From Patescibacteria group bacterium (GTDB lineage Bacteria > Patescibacteriota > Minisyncoccia > Minisyncoccales > Staskawiczbacteraceae): a stretch of 64,000 nucleotides of DNA. Made by a program: the position numbers and the translations under genes. Positions 28,987 through 38,785 of this stretch are shown piece after piece; position 1 is the stretch's first letter; each line of letters starts with the position of its first letter. The notes beneath the pieces were generated by a model, which made no database searches, was not told where the DNA came from, and was given only the letters and a program-made list of their open reading frames with translations. The stretch covers positions 29,537-93,536 of the forward strand of contig JAHJTG010000016.1 in the NCBI GenBank assembly GCA_018829965.1, read 5' to 3'.

Positions 28987-31632
28987 TTAATTTATTTTCT
29001 TTTTAGTTTTTTCTTCCCCTGCCCGCAATGCTTCCGGCCTGCCCGCAGTTTCTACAGCGTTGCAGGCGGGCATAGCCGATGCAGGCGGGTCTATTTTTAC
29101 TAATTCAAATTTTTCTGGAGAAATTTCAAATCTATCTCCTCTTTTAAGATTATCTGATAAAAGAGCTTGAGCAACTGTGCTCTCAATATTATTCTGAATA
29201 ACTCTTCTCATTTCTCTTGCCCCAAAAGCTGGCTTGTAAGATAGTTCAACAACTTTTTCTTTCAATGATTCTGTAATTATAAAGTCTACGTTTTTTTCCT
29301 TTAAGCTCTTTTTCAAAGATGCCAGCATTAATTGGGAAATATCTAAAAGATTATCTTTTGTCAAAGGTTTGAAAATAACAACTGCGTCAAAACGATTGAT
29401 AAACTCTGGCCTGAATATTCCTTTATTAAATAAACTGCTTAAAAGTTTTTCTTTATCGATCGGCTCGTTTTTTCCAGTCGCTTCAAATATCACTTCTGAG
29501 CCAGCGTTAGAAGTACATATAATAATAGTGCTGGTAAACACGGTTTTTCTTCCTTGACCATCGGTTATATTGCCTTCGTCTAAAACCTGCAAGAATAAAT
29601 TTAAAATATTTGGATGAGCTTTTTCAATTTCATCTATCAGCAATAAAGAAAATGGCTTTTCTCTCACTGGCGTAGTTAATAACCCCTCTTCTCCTCTGAC
29701 TCCCAACAAACGAGGGATATCGGCAATAGCTTGGAATTCTGACATATCCAGTCTTATCATCCTTTCTTCCCCGCCAAAATAGATTTGGGCTAGTGCTTTT
29801 GAGGTTTCTGTTTTACCAACGCCAGTAGGACCCAAGAACAAGAAAGATCCTATCGGCCTTTTTTTAGATCCAATCCCCGCTCTTGCCCTCCTCATTGCGA
29901 TGGAAATTTCTTTTACTGCTTCTTCTTGGTTAATAATTCTAACGTGAATTAACTTTTCTAAATTAAGTAAAGTCTTTTTCTCTTCAACCTCAATTTTACC
30001 AACAGGAATTTCTGTTTTTGTAGAAATAACTTTTGCTACATGCTCTGGCAAAACTACTTTTTCTTTGGCAGACCTAGCTACATAAACTGCAACGTCTTGC
30101 AATAAATCAATTGCTTTTTTAGGGAACGGCTGATTCGGAATATATCGAGCAGATAAAGAAACCAATTCTCTTATTGCAGGATAGGTTATAAAAATCTTGT
30201 ATTTTCGCTCTAATTCTAAGGCTAAGTTTTGAAGAATTCTAATCGTTTCTTGCTCTGAAACTTCTGAAATTTCTATTTTTCCAAACATTTCTAACAAAGA
30301 AGGATTATTTTCTAGTCTGGTGTGAAGCCCGCTATAATCAGTTGTTGCCACAAACCTGAATTCTGGAGCTTTTAGATATTTTCCAATAACACCAGAAATA
30401 TCAACCATGCCGGGTTGATTTACTTCAATCCCTATATAGTTGTGAAATTCTTTAATAACTAAAACTATATTCCCTGCCGTAACAACCTCTTGGAAGATTC
30501 TATCTAATGTATTTTCCACTTCTTCGGGATTATTAATCCTGGAAAGCAAGGCTGTCATATCCAGTTCCACCACTCTGTAATAATTTAGTTCGGGAAGACT
30601 TTTTCCCAAACAGGTTTTTTTAGCCAATCCTTCAATAATACTTTCTCTGCCAGCTCCTGGGTCTCCAATAATCAGAACATTTTTAAGGCCTGATTTAGCT
30701 AAAGCCATTTGGACTTGCTCTATTTCTTTTTCATGACCAATAATAGCTTTAAAAAGCCACTTTCTAATATTCTTTGTCCAATCAATAGAATATTGGTCTA
30801 AGATAATTGTGTACCCCGACGCCCAATCTTTACCCATAGAACCATAGACAGACAAGTTTTCTTTTTTCCAAAACTTTCTATTTTCTTCTATTTTTCTATC
30901 AAGATAATCAAACCATAAGGTAAGGTTTTCAAAATCTTCTGTCTTAAGATTTGCATCAATTAATATTTGTTCAAAAAATCCTGCGTGGGATATGCCAATT
31001 AAAATATCCATCTCTTCAATCCTTGTATGTTTACGCTCATTAGCCGTTTCCGCTGCTTGGAGTATGACTTTATTAAAATCTTCTGAATATAGTCCTATAG
31101 GGTTTTTGTCTCTTTTTGATTTTTCTAAAGAGTTTTTCAAATTATGTAATACATTTATTGGATCAAGCCCCATGCGCATAAAAATATAGCCTACCACTTT
31201 ACTCTTTTCTAAGGCCGCGTATAACAAAGCTGTTGCAGAAACTTCAGATATTTTTCTTTTCCGACAGAAATGAATAGCGCCTTCAATAATTTTAGCTGAC
31301 CCAAGAGTCAAAAATTCTGCTAAATTATAGTCCTCTGGATTTTTAATTGCATCTGCGAGATTAATTTTTAATTCTGGAGTTTTGAGCTTTATATTAAAAA
31401 ATAGACCGCTTTCCCAAAAGATAAGAAAAAGAAATAAAAATAAGACCGATATCTTTAAAGATATTGTTAAAGAAAGTGGGCCAAAAAGAGAAAAACCGAC
31501 AAAAGCGAGCGACAAAACAAACAATATTGAAAAGAAGTTTTTAAAAAACTTAGCAAACCTAAAAAGAGGAAACTTTTCCTGTTTTACCGCTCGAAATATT
31601 TTTGTTTCTTTTAAATTAAATTGTTGTGCCAT
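28987..31632 (-). CDS. ClpA/ClpB-family AAA+ ATPase with N-terminal TM helices
   Basis: NBD2 GPTGVGKT, RLDMSEF, LLIDEIEKAH, FRPEFINR, GAREMRR; NBD1 degenerate; start MAQQFN. Confidence 0.9.
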   Translation of the reverse strand: MAQQFNLKETKIFRAVKQEKFPLFRFAKFFKNFFSILFVLSLAFVGFSLFGPLSLTISLKISVLFLFLFLIFWESGLFFNIKLKTPELKINLADAIKNPEDYNLAEFLTLGSAKIIEGAIHFCRKRKISEVSATALLYAALEKSKVVGYIFMRMGLDPINVLHNLKNSLEKSKRDKNPIGLYSEDFNKVILQAAETANERKHTRIEEMDILIGISHAGFFEQILIDANLKTEDFENLTLWFDYLDRKIEENRKFWKKENLSVYGSMGKDWASGYTIILDQYSIDWTKNIRKWLFKAIIGHEKEIEQVQMALAKSGLKNVLIIGDPGAGRESIIEGLAKKTCLGKSLPELNYYRVVELDMTALLSRINNPEEVENTLDRIFQEVVTAGNIVLVIKEFHNYIGIEVNQPGMVDISGVIGKYLKAPEFRFVATTDYSGLHTRLENNPSLLEMFGKIEISEVSEQETIRILQNLALELERKYKIFITYPAIRELVSLSARYIPNQPFPKKAIDLLQDVAVYVARSAKEKVVLPEHVAKVISTKTEIPVGKIEVEEKKTLLNLEKLIHVRIINQEEAVKEISIAMRRARAGIGSKKRPIGSFLFLGPTGVGKTETSKALAQIYFGGEERMIRLDMSEFQAIADIPRLLGVRGEEGLLTTPVREKPFSLLLIDEIEKAHPNILNLFLQVLDEGNITDGQGRKTVFTSTIIICTSNAGSEVIFEATGKNEPIDKEKLLSSLFNKGIFRPEFINRFDAVVIFKPLTKDNLLDISQLMLASLKKSLKEKNVDFIITESLKEKVVELSYKPAFGAREMRRVIQNNIESTVAQALLSDNLKRGDRFEISPEKFELVKIDPPASAMPACNAVETAGRPEALRAGEEKTKKKIN

Positions 31633-31634
31633 AT

Positions 31635-32015
31635 TTAAAGAATATTCAAAACAAATAATAAGCCGGCTAAAGAAAGCAGAGGTAGTAATAACCAACCTAC
31701 GAAAACAATTGCGCCGAAAAGAAAAACGCAGATCTGGAAGATGACCCCGACAATAATCAAAGTAATTCTGCAAATCGCCCCGATAAACCGTGAAAAGATA
31801 TTAGAGGTAATTGTTTCAAAATATCCCATAAGGTCAAACCCCCGAGGATATCCCCATTTGTATCTTCTCCAGGGAGAAAAAAGAGTTTTAAAAAGCAATG
31901 GAGTTGAAAAGAAATTTACGCTGAATTGAATATAGTTTTTCCAGACCTTTAACAAAAACTTCGGAGCTTCGTAAAAATGCCAAAAAAACCAGGAAATTAT
32001 AATATTATTTGACAT
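31635..32015 (-). CDS. hypothetical membrane protein
   Basis: LFKTLFSPWRR, hydrophobic C-terminus, 2 nt upstream of the Clp gene. Confidence 0.75.
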   Translation of the reverse strand: MSNNIIISWFFWHFYEAPKFLLKVWKNYIQFSVNFFSTPLLFKTLFSPWRRYKWGYPRGFDLMGYFETITSNIFSRFIGAICRITLIIVGVIFQICVFLFGAIVFVGWLLLPLLSLAGLLFVLNIL

Positions 32016-32023
32016 AGATTTAT

Positions 32024-32380
32024 TTAACTGACTGGACTATTTTTAACAGCAACTAATTTAATACCCAAACCAGCGATTTTCCCGCCTCCTAATACTAAGA
32101 TTCCAACTAATATTGACCAGCTTATTAAATTCATAGTTTTTGGAAGCATGTCTGCTGGAAGTAAATCACCTATCTGATTTTTGATTATGTCTTCCATCAT
32201 TTTTTGCGGGTCTTGGGTATTAACGCTATTTGAAGAGGTTTTTGATACTAATGGGACAGGAAAAAGCTCGGGAACTTTTGATTCGCCGGTAAAGATTTTA
32301 TAAGAGGTGAAAAGAGTACACCCGATTATAACTAAACCGATTGCGAGAAGTGAGTAGCCTATGATTTTATTGTAATGCAT
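32024..32380 (-). CDS. hypothetical membrane protein (2 TM)
   Basis: 118-aa ORF co-oriented with its neighbours. Confidence 0.7.
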   Translation of the reverse strand: MHYNKIIGYSLLAIGLVIIGCTLFTSYKIFTGESKVPELFPVPLVSKTSSNSVNTQDPQKMMEDIIKNQIGDLLPADMLPKTMNLISWSILVGILVLGGGKIAGLGIKLVAVKNSPVS

Positions 32381-32470
32381 ATTTTTAATAATAGTTTTAA
32401 TTTATCTCAGTGGACGGTGTCCCGCCATCGGCGGGACGACCATTTCGACTTGCCCGCCTAAATTTTGGTG

Positions 32471-32542
32471 TGGGCGACACAGGGCTCGAACCTGTAACCT
32501 TTCCGATGTGACCGGAATGCTCTGCCATTGAGCTAGTCGCCC
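32471..32542 (-). tRNA. tRNA-Val(CAC)
   Basis: GGGCGAC acceptor stem, TTCCG-GTCACAT-CGGAA anticodon arm, GGTTCGAGCC. Confidence 0.95.
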
Positions 32543-32793
32543 AAAATTTGGGCGGGTGAATGAACGAAACGCTGTGTTATTTCTATTTTAACACTTCTAT
32601 AATCATAAGCAATAAAAAAAACACGGAAATCGCTTTCCGTGTTTTACCTCGACGAGCTTACGCCCACTCAGGCCTAAAGTTTTTTCTTAATTAAAAAACT
32701 TTTTTGCATTTCATAGGGCTTACGTTTCCAAAAGTTCAAGAAACCAAGATTCAATAAAGAGCCAAGCTTCCAAATTCCCAAGGATTTTGAAGA

Positions 32794-33336
32794 TTACTTG
32801 CGACGACCGAGGAAGCGAGCGCCCTCATTCCAATCATTCTCGAAATAGTACAGGTTCAAGTCCCGATCATCAGCCCTGCCGCACAAATACGGCACGCGGA
32901 GAGAGCCAGCGGGATGCCGCCAGGACGACTTTAGAGCAACTATCGGAAATTGTCGTTGAAGCTCCGGTTGATCTTCTCCTAACGCAAGTAGGTCCACGAT
33001 ATCTCCGGGGTCACAACCAGCTTTAGACATCTCGTCAATTGCATCATCGCTTAAAATACGCCGATTGAATTGGAAAAGAACGAGCTCTTTCTCCTTTTTA
33101 CCACTACCTACGACCGGAAAATTCTCTTGAGTGATATCGCTATTCACCTGATCATATTTACCAGCTTTAATCATTTCCATTAAGGGCTTAGTGTAGTCCA
33201 CTGTGAGGTTGTAAACGATCCGGTCTTTCAGGACTACAATTAATTCTCCTGAAAGAAATTTTTGCACTCCTTCTATGCCACCAAGTTTGTTTACTATCGC
33301 TTCAATTTGACCAAGGGTTAAATTTCCGTACTTCAT
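32794..33336 (-). CDS. hypothetical protein with a C-terminus resembling CLec-fold/DGR-target termini
   Basis: Own promoter and SD (AAGGTGA); ends RVPYLCGRADDRDLNLYYFENDWNEGARFLGRRK. Confidence 0.75.
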   Translation of the reverse strand: MKYGNLTLGQIEAIVNKLGGIEGVQKFLSGELIVVLKDRIVYNLTVDYTKPLMEMIKAGKYDQVNSDITQENFPVVGSGKKEKELVLFQFNRRILSDDAIDEMSKAGCDPGDIVDLLALGEDQPELQRQFPIVALKSSWRHPAGSLRVPYLCGRADDRDLNLYYFENDWNEGARFLGRRK

Positions 33337-33413
33337 AAATCACCTTACCTTTCTCGGCTGTTTGCCGAAAGAATTCCCTCTGCCCGAGGTTATAGGGATC
33401 GCACAATGCGATA

Positions 33414-33471
33414 TTTTAAAGAGCTTAATTAATACATTTATACTATACCATACAGCATCATACCTTGTCAA
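33414..33471 (-). promoter_or_regulatory. sigma70 promoter followed by a boxA-like element
   Basis: TTGACA-18nt-TATAGT, then GCTCTTTAAAA. Confidence 0.6.
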
Positions 33472-33478
33472 TAGTTAA

Positions 33479-34330
33479 CTAATCTATTATCTCCGCTAGT
33501 AACTTATTAATATAATCCATCGAAGAATCGTTCAGAATTACTACATCATAAGTATGTTTATATGCTTCCAAGCTCTCTTCTACTCTCTCATTCAGAAATC
33601 CTACTTTAATTAAATTTTCGTAATCAAAACCCTTAACCATTCCTATATCGCTTAAGCTGTCTCCTAATAATAAGACATTTTTCCTGTCTTTTATTTTACT
33701 AAAGAATGGAGAATCATTAATTATTGTTTCGTCTTTATTCATCCCGTGGATAATCGGCTGCTTAACAGCAATAGCTTTGCCGTTTTTATCCCACTCGTAT
33801 GAATTGGAAATGATATAAATATTTTCGTATAGTTTTCCTTGTTTTTCCAAAAGCATTGAAATAGCATCTCCCCCTACTCCGCTTGAAGATATAATAAGCA
33901 AAGGGATATTATGATTTTTTAAAAAATCTATAAACCCTGAAAAGCCATCTCTGAATTTAACCTTTCCAGATTCAACAATTTTTTCTATATCCTTCTTATT
34001 CAACCCTGACTTAATTAATAAATCAAAATGGGTTGTCCACCACTCTTGCATTGCTTTTTTCTTTTCCTCAAAGGAAACTTTCGGGTCTATTTCAATCTGA
34101 TAATATTTATCATGAAGCTCTTTAGCTTTTTTAGTATAATCGGGAGTCATATAATTGCCGTCGTACAAAATAGATATAATAGAAGAAACGCTTTTCCCGC
34201 CAACAAAAGCTGATGTGAGCGTTCTATCAAAATCAGCTAAAACATGTAGCCCCCTAGCCCCTTTTTCAGAAATCGCTTTCTTTATTTTCTCTAACTCCTG
34301 CGGGTTTGAAATGATGATATTTTCTTCCAT
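33479..34330 (-). CDS. HAD-family pyrimidine 5'-nucleotidase (cN-III/UMPH-1-like)
   Basis: VLADFDRTLT, MQEWW, IISN, NVLLLGDSLSDIGM, KVGFLN. Confidence 0.85.
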   Translation of the reverse strand: MEENIIISNPQELEKIKKAISEKGARGLHVLADFDRTLTSAFVGGKSVSSIISILYDGNYMTPDYTKKAKELHDKYYQIEIDPKVSFEEKKKAMQEWWTTHFDLLIKSGLNKKDIEKIVESGKVKFRDGFSGFIDFLKNHNIPLLIISSSGVGGDAISMLLEKQGKLYENIYIISNSYEWDKNGKAIAVKQPIIHGMNKDETIINDSPFFSKIKDRKNVLLLGDSLSDIGMVKGFDYENLIKVGFLNERVEESLEAYKHTYDVVILNDSSMDYINKLLAEIID

Positions 34331-34390
34331 GTTTTCTTTATTTTAGATTAGCTTTATTTTAAAAAATTTTCAATAATAAAAACTTTATAC

Positions 34391-34418
34391 AAAAAAAACC
34401 GCTCGCAAGCGGTTTTTT
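34391..34418. terminator. bidirectional intrinsic terminator after rplL
   Basis: A-run, CCGCT-CGCA-AGCGG stem-loop, T-run. Confidence 0.75.
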
Positions 34419-34426
34419 CTTTTTCT

Positions 34427-34566
34427 AAACTGTTAAGCGAGGAAAGTAATTTCTTTTACGATTCGGAGCGAATTGGATTGGTGTCGCCTTAGGCGACCAA
34501 TTCGCGAGTAGTAGCAAATTTTTCGCTGGAAAAAATTCGCGTGTAAAAGAAATTACTTTCCGAGCG
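34427..34566. repeat. family B long-hairpin element abutting the rplL stop
   Basis: AAACTGTTAAGCGAGGAAAGTAATTTCTTTTAC...GTAAAAGAAATTACTTTCCGAGCG. Confidence 0.8.
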
Positions 34567-35085
34567 CTACTTTAACTCTACTTTCGCTCCTACTGCTTCA
34601 AACTTCTTTTTGATGTCTTCTGCTTCCTCTTTCTTGGCGTTTTCTTTAACCATTTGAGGAGCTGCGGCTGCGGCATCAACTAAGTCCTTTGATTCCTTTA
34701 ATCCTTTGCCAGTAATATCTCTTACAATCTTAATAACGTCAATTTTCTTTTGTCCAACATCTTTTAACTCTATGTTAAATGAAGTTTTCTCTTCTTCTGG
34801 AGCTACTGCTACGGCCGGAGCTGCTGCTACGACTGGAGCTGCTGCTGATACGCCGAATTTGCTTTCTAATACTTTTACCAATTCGGCTAGATCTAAAACT
34901 GACATTTTCTCTATTTCTCCAACTAATGATTGAAATTTAACTGGAACTTCTATTTTTTTTTCATTGTCCATCGGAGGTTGAGTAGTTGTAGTACCGGTTA
35001 AATCCGGCTTACTTCCAGGATCAACGGAAGTAGTTTTGGTATTAGAAGTTGCCGTTGTGGGTTTGTTTTCTTTTTCTTCTGTCAT
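34567..35085 (-). CDS. rplL: 50S ribosomal protein L7/L12 with a Thr-rich N-terminal extension
   Basis: [50 protein letters not shown]. Confidence 0.96.
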   Translation of the reverse strand: MTEEKENKPTTATSNTKTTSVDPGSKPDLTGTTTTQPPMDNEKKIEVPVKFQSLVGEIEKMSVLDLAELVKVLESKFGVSAAAPVVAAAPAVAVAPEEEKTSFNIELKDVGQKKIDVIKIVRDITGKGLKESKDLVDAAAAAPQMVKENAKKEEAEDIKKKFEAVGAKVELK

Positions 35086-35103
35086 ATATTTTTATTATTT
35101 TAA

Positions 35104-35625
35104 TTATTTTTTAATTGCGCTTAAAGCGTACAATAGACCTTTAATGTTTCCTTGTAAAACATTTACAAAACCTGAAACTGGTGAAGCAATACTGCCTACC
35201 AATTTTGCTAATAATTCATCCCTTGAAGGAATCCTTGATAAGGTAAGAATCATTTCCTTATTAGCATACTTATTTTCAAAAATACCTCCTAAAATCTTTA
35301 AGTTTTCGCTTTCTTTACTAAATTGAGCTGAAATTTTGGCTGGAGATACTTCGTCTTCTATTCCGAAAACTATAGCTAATTGTCCAGGAATATTCTTTTT
35401 TGCTTCTTCCCAGATAACAGCGTTAGCTCCCTCAAAAGCAATACCCCATAATGTCTTTTTAGAAACCTTAAGGGTACATCCAGCTGCCTTTAATTTTTGC
35501 CTAAAAGAAAAGATATCTTTGGAATTAACCTTAGAAAAATCAACAAAAACTATTGATTTTTTGTTCTCAATTCTTTTCTTTAAATCTTCTACTGCTTTTT
35601 TCTTTTGATCTTTTGTTAGGGCCAT
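35104..35625 (-). CDS. rplJ: 50S ribosomal protein L10
   Basis: KVSKKTL, IPSRDELLAKLVG; directly upstream of rplL. Confidence 0.95.
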   Translation of the reverse strand: MALTKDQKKKAVEDLKKRIENKKSIVFVDFSKVNSKDIFSFRQKLKAAGCTLKVSKKTLWGIAFEGANAVIWEEAKKNIPGQLAIVFGIEDEVSPAKISAQFSKESENLKILGGIFENKYANKEMILTLSRIPSRDELLAKLVGSIASPVSGFVNVLQGNIKGLLYALSAIKK

Positions 35626-35762
35626 AATAGTTTTGCTTCACAAAAGAAACTCTAAATTCTAAGCTCTAAACTCTAAACTCGTCGTGTTTGTAATTTTTAA
35701 TTTAGAATTTTGAATTTATTTAGGATTTAGAATTTCGGATTTAGAATTTTTACAAAATAAAA

Positions 35763-35860
35763 TGCCTGCTACCGCAGACAGCTTAAAACAAGTAAAAAAC
35801 TTGTAGCGCCTCGATGGGATTTATTTCCGGCTTATTCCGAAAACCCATTGTCTGTGGCTT
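35763..35860 (-). promoter_or_regulatory. L10 leader (r-protein autoregulatory RNA)
   Basis: CCACAGACAAUGGG...CCCAUCGAGG...GUCUGCGG pattern upstream of rplJ. Confidence 0.7.
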
Positions 35861-35906
35861 ATTTCGTATATATTAATATCTTACACGATAGGATATGGAT
35901 GTCAAC

Positions 35907-36047
35907 CCTTCCACTAATTTTTACAACAGAAATTGAATACTGATAATGACAGCCGCAGTCATCCACCTTTTTTGAAAAGGTGAAGGACGCAGGCGCTTCG
36001 CATATTATACAAACTACTATAGCGGCCTCTGCTGAAATTAGTGAAGG
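35907..36047. repeat. single-copy inverted-repeat-bounded element
   Basis: CCTTCCACTAATTT ... AAATTAGTGAAGG. Confidence 0.45.
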
Positions 36048-36055
36048 ATCAATAG

Positions 36056-37054
36056 TTAAATGCCATATTTAGCCCTAGCCTTATTATGTTCTGCGAATGT
36101 CTTACTAAAAATTGTTGTGCCGTCAGGAGTTGATAAAAAGTATAAATAATCGCTTTCTGTTGGATATATAGCGGCCACTATGCTATCTAATCCCGGATTT
36201 GAAATAGGTCCCAAGGGCAAACCCCTATATTTATATGTGTTATATGGCGAATCTATTTTAGTATCTTCTGTTAAAACTTCTGTGCTTTTTTTACCAGTGA
36301 TATATACTACTGTTGCACATGACTGAAGGGGTATCCCAAGTTTTAATCTTTTCCAGAAAATTCCAGAAACAAGCTTCTTGTCTTCTAAAGTTCTTACTTC
36401 CCTCTCAATTAAAGAGGCCATTGTAATAACTTCAAAGATTGACTTCCCTTGACGAGCGATTTCTTGCCTTAATTCCGAAGATAATTTTCTATCAAAATTA
36501 GATAGAACCTTTTTTATAACCTCTCCAACAGCGGTCCCTGGAATAATTTTATAAGTATCTGGAAAAAGATAACCCTCTAAGTCTGCACCTATGGGCTTAT
36601 CATTTAAAAAATTGAAATCTTGGTTAAAATCTTTTTCAACCAAATTAAAAAACTCTTCTTTGTTACAAATTCCTTTTTCCTCAAAGTATTGAGCTATATC
36701 CTTCAAATTCCATCCTTCAATTATAGTTATCTTTTCTTTTTTAACATCTCCTTTGATAAACTTCCCGAGCATATCATCAATATTCATTGCAGGAGATAAT
36801 TCATATGTACCTATTTGGAGTTTTTTTGCCTTGCCAAGAAGTGAAGTATAAAATCTAAAAATAGACGGGTGTTTTATTAATCCTTGATTTCTTAAGCCAA
36901 TCGAGATTGCTTTTGCTCCTTGACCTTTTTGAATATTAAAATCAATTATTTCATTAGAGCTTTGATTTAAAGGTAAATAAATTTCGCTCCATAAAAAAAC
37001 AACACCTATGATAAAAATTAGCGCTGTTAATAATAAAATTGGTTTTTTGCCCAT
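36056..37054 (-). CDS. mltG: endolytic transglycosylase MltG
   Basis: TIIEGW, LEGYLFPDTY, ASLIERE, SPYNTYKYRGLPLGPISNPG. Confidence 0.95.
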   Translation of the reverse strand: MGKKPILLLTALIFIIGVVFLWSEIYLPLNQSSNEIIDFNIQKGQGAKAISIGLRNQGLIKHPSIFRFYTSLLGKAKKLQIGTYELSPAMNIDDMLGKFIKGDVKKEKITIIEGWNLKDIAQYFEEKGICNKEEFFNLVEKDFNQDFNFLNDKPIGADLEGYLFPDTYKIIPGTAVGEVIKKVLSNFDRKLSSELRQEIARQGKSIFEVITMASLIEREVRTLEDKKLVSGIFWKRLKLGIPLQSCATVVYITGKKSTEVLTEDTKIDSPYNTYKYRGLPLGPISNPGLDSIVAAIYPTESDYLYFLSTPDGTTIFSKTFAEHNKARAKYGI

Positions 37055-37060
37055 TGTCTG

Positions 37061-37696
37061 CTATTTGCTTATTAGAGGAACGAAAACAAAGCCCGGGTAT
37101 TCTATTTCCTCGTATTTATTATCTGTTTTTTTTATAATCGTTTTAATCGAATTCCCTACTGGAGCTACTATTTTACCACCGATTTTCAGCTGTTTTTTCC
37201 AGGCAAGAGGAATTTTTGCGCAGGATGCAGACACTAATATTTTATCAAACCCTTCGACAAGCTCAGGGTCGGTAGCAAGACCAGAATACCTTTTTGAACC
37301 GTCCCCTAAAACATACTTAACAATTCCTTTTTCTATAAAGCTATACTTTGCCACATTCTGCTCGCCAAATTCTTTTAACTCCGGGATTAATTCAATAGAA
37401 ACTATTTTGCCTGTCTCCCCTACTATTTGAGCTAAAAGAGCTGTTGTCCAGCCAGAGCCGGAACCAATGTCTAAAATCTTCTCGCCTATTTTCGGCTGTA
37501 ATTGCTCTAACATAAAAGCAACCACTGCAGGTTGCGATATGGTTTGATTAAAACCAATGGGAAGCGCTTCATTAAGCTCGGCAAGTTTTTTCATTCCTTC
37601 TGGCAAAAAATCCTGCCTCTTTATTTTTATAAAGGCGTCTTTTATAGAATCGGTTTTCAACCAACCTTCTTGAATTAAAGAATCTATAAGATTCAT
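37061..37696 (-). CDS. pcm: protein-L-isoaspartate O-methyltransferase
   Basis: QTISQP, LDIGSGSGW, QLKIGGKIVAPVG, FVFVPL. Confidence 0.93.
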   Translation of the reverse strand: MNLIDSLIQEGWLKTDSIKDAFIKIKRQDFLPEGMKKLAELNEALPIGFNQTISQPAVVAFMLEQLQPKIGEKILDIGSGSGWTTALLAQIVGETGKIVSIELIPELKEFGEQNVAKYSFIEKGIVKYVLGDGSKRYSGLATDPELVEGFDKILVSASCAKIPLAWKKQLKIGGKIVAPVGNSIKTIIKKTDNKYEEIEYPGFVFVPLISK

Positions 37697-37822
37697 AATA
37701 AACTCTAAATTCTAATATCTAAATTCTAAATAATTTCAAAACTAAAATATTTAAACTCGAAAAGTGTTTTGAATTTTGTGATTTAGAATTTGGGATTTAT
37801 TTAGGATTTAGTGCTTAGGATT

Positions 37823-38158
37823 TTACAGTAACTTTCCTTGTCTTAATTTTTTAGTGATAGTTTCGGCTTTTTCTTTGCCTTCTTTGGTGATAGTAAATTC
37901 AGTTTTAGGATCTCCTTTAATAAGTTTCTGATTTCTCAATGCTCTTAATGGTCTGTCTAATTTCCTCGCATCCGGCCATTGAGGGTAGCTCTTAAAGCCA
38001 AAAACATCTGGGAATAAAATAAAGGATTGATTGACTAATTTCTCAAACTTACAATCTTGCTTGTTTGATAATATTGAATAAATACTAAAAAGAATCAAAT
38101 CACCTATCGACATCTTGGGAAAAGCTGTTTTTGTTTTATTTTTTTTATCTTTACTCAT
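37823..38158 (-). CDS. hypothetical winged-helix-like protein
   Basis: FPDVF..YPQWPDARKLDRPLR...ITKEG; start placed at MSKDKK. Confidence 0.65.
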   Translation of the reverse strand: MSKDKKNKTKTAFPKMSIGDLILFSIYSILSNKQDCKFEKLVNQSFILFPDVFGFKSYPQWPDARKLDRPLRALRNQKLIKGDPKTEFTITKEGKEKAETITKKLRQGKLL

Positions 38159-38174
38159 AATAGATGAACTTATT

Positions 38175-38759
38175 TTATTTTTCCCAAACAATATGTCCAT
38201 TTATATTGTGCTTTTCATAAGTCTCCAATACATCTACACAAAATTTAACCAATTCTTGGTTCTTTTCTCTTTTTGCTAATTCATATAAACGAATGAACAT
38301 TTTCTTACCTGTCTCGGTTTGCTTTAAATTCTTTTTAATAAAATTGTGTTGAGAGCACAAAGTTTGACCATTTTCTATTGTTGCTTCACCGCCTAAATCT
38401 TTGGGCTTTATATGATCAATGTGCAAATCCATGCCATCTTTTTTTCCCCTTCCGCAAATAACACACTTATAGCCATCTCTTTTTAAAATAGCTTCTTTTT
38501 GTAAAACACTAAAATCTTCCAATTTTCTTTTATGTGCTTTATCAGGATCATATTTATAAATTCCTTTAGAAATTTTAATCAAAAATCCGCTTTGAGACAA
38601 TTTACGAATAGCTCTATCTGGATCACGAAAGACATTTCCAGTTCTCTTTTTATAAGTCGTAACAACCCAATCTACAACTTCGGGGTGTTTTATATCTCTA
38701 TTTGGATTTTTCTTAAAAAACTCAATGATTAAGTCTTGTTGAATTACATTATTTTTCAT
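38175..38759 (-). CDS. HNH endonuclease, putative type II restriction enzyme
   Basis: CVICG, HIDHIKP..GG, NGQTLCSQHN; directly downstream of a DNA methyltransferase. Confidence 0.85.
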   Translation of the reverse strand: MKNNVIQQDLIIEFFKKNPNRDIKHPEVVDWVVTTYKKRTGNVFRDPDRAIRKLSQSGFLIKISKGIYKYDPDKAHKRKLEDFSVLQKEAILKRDGYKCVICGRGKKDGMDLHIDHIKPKDLGGEATIENGQTLCSQHNFIKKNLKQTETGKKMFIRLYELAKREKNQELVKFCVDVLETYEKHNINGHIVWEK

Positions 38760-38785
38760 AATTTTATTTAATTTATTAAGTTTGA

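Noticed and set aside
33337..33413. Riboswitch in the structured leader
   Set aside because: Hairpins are present, but I could not match any known aptamer consensus
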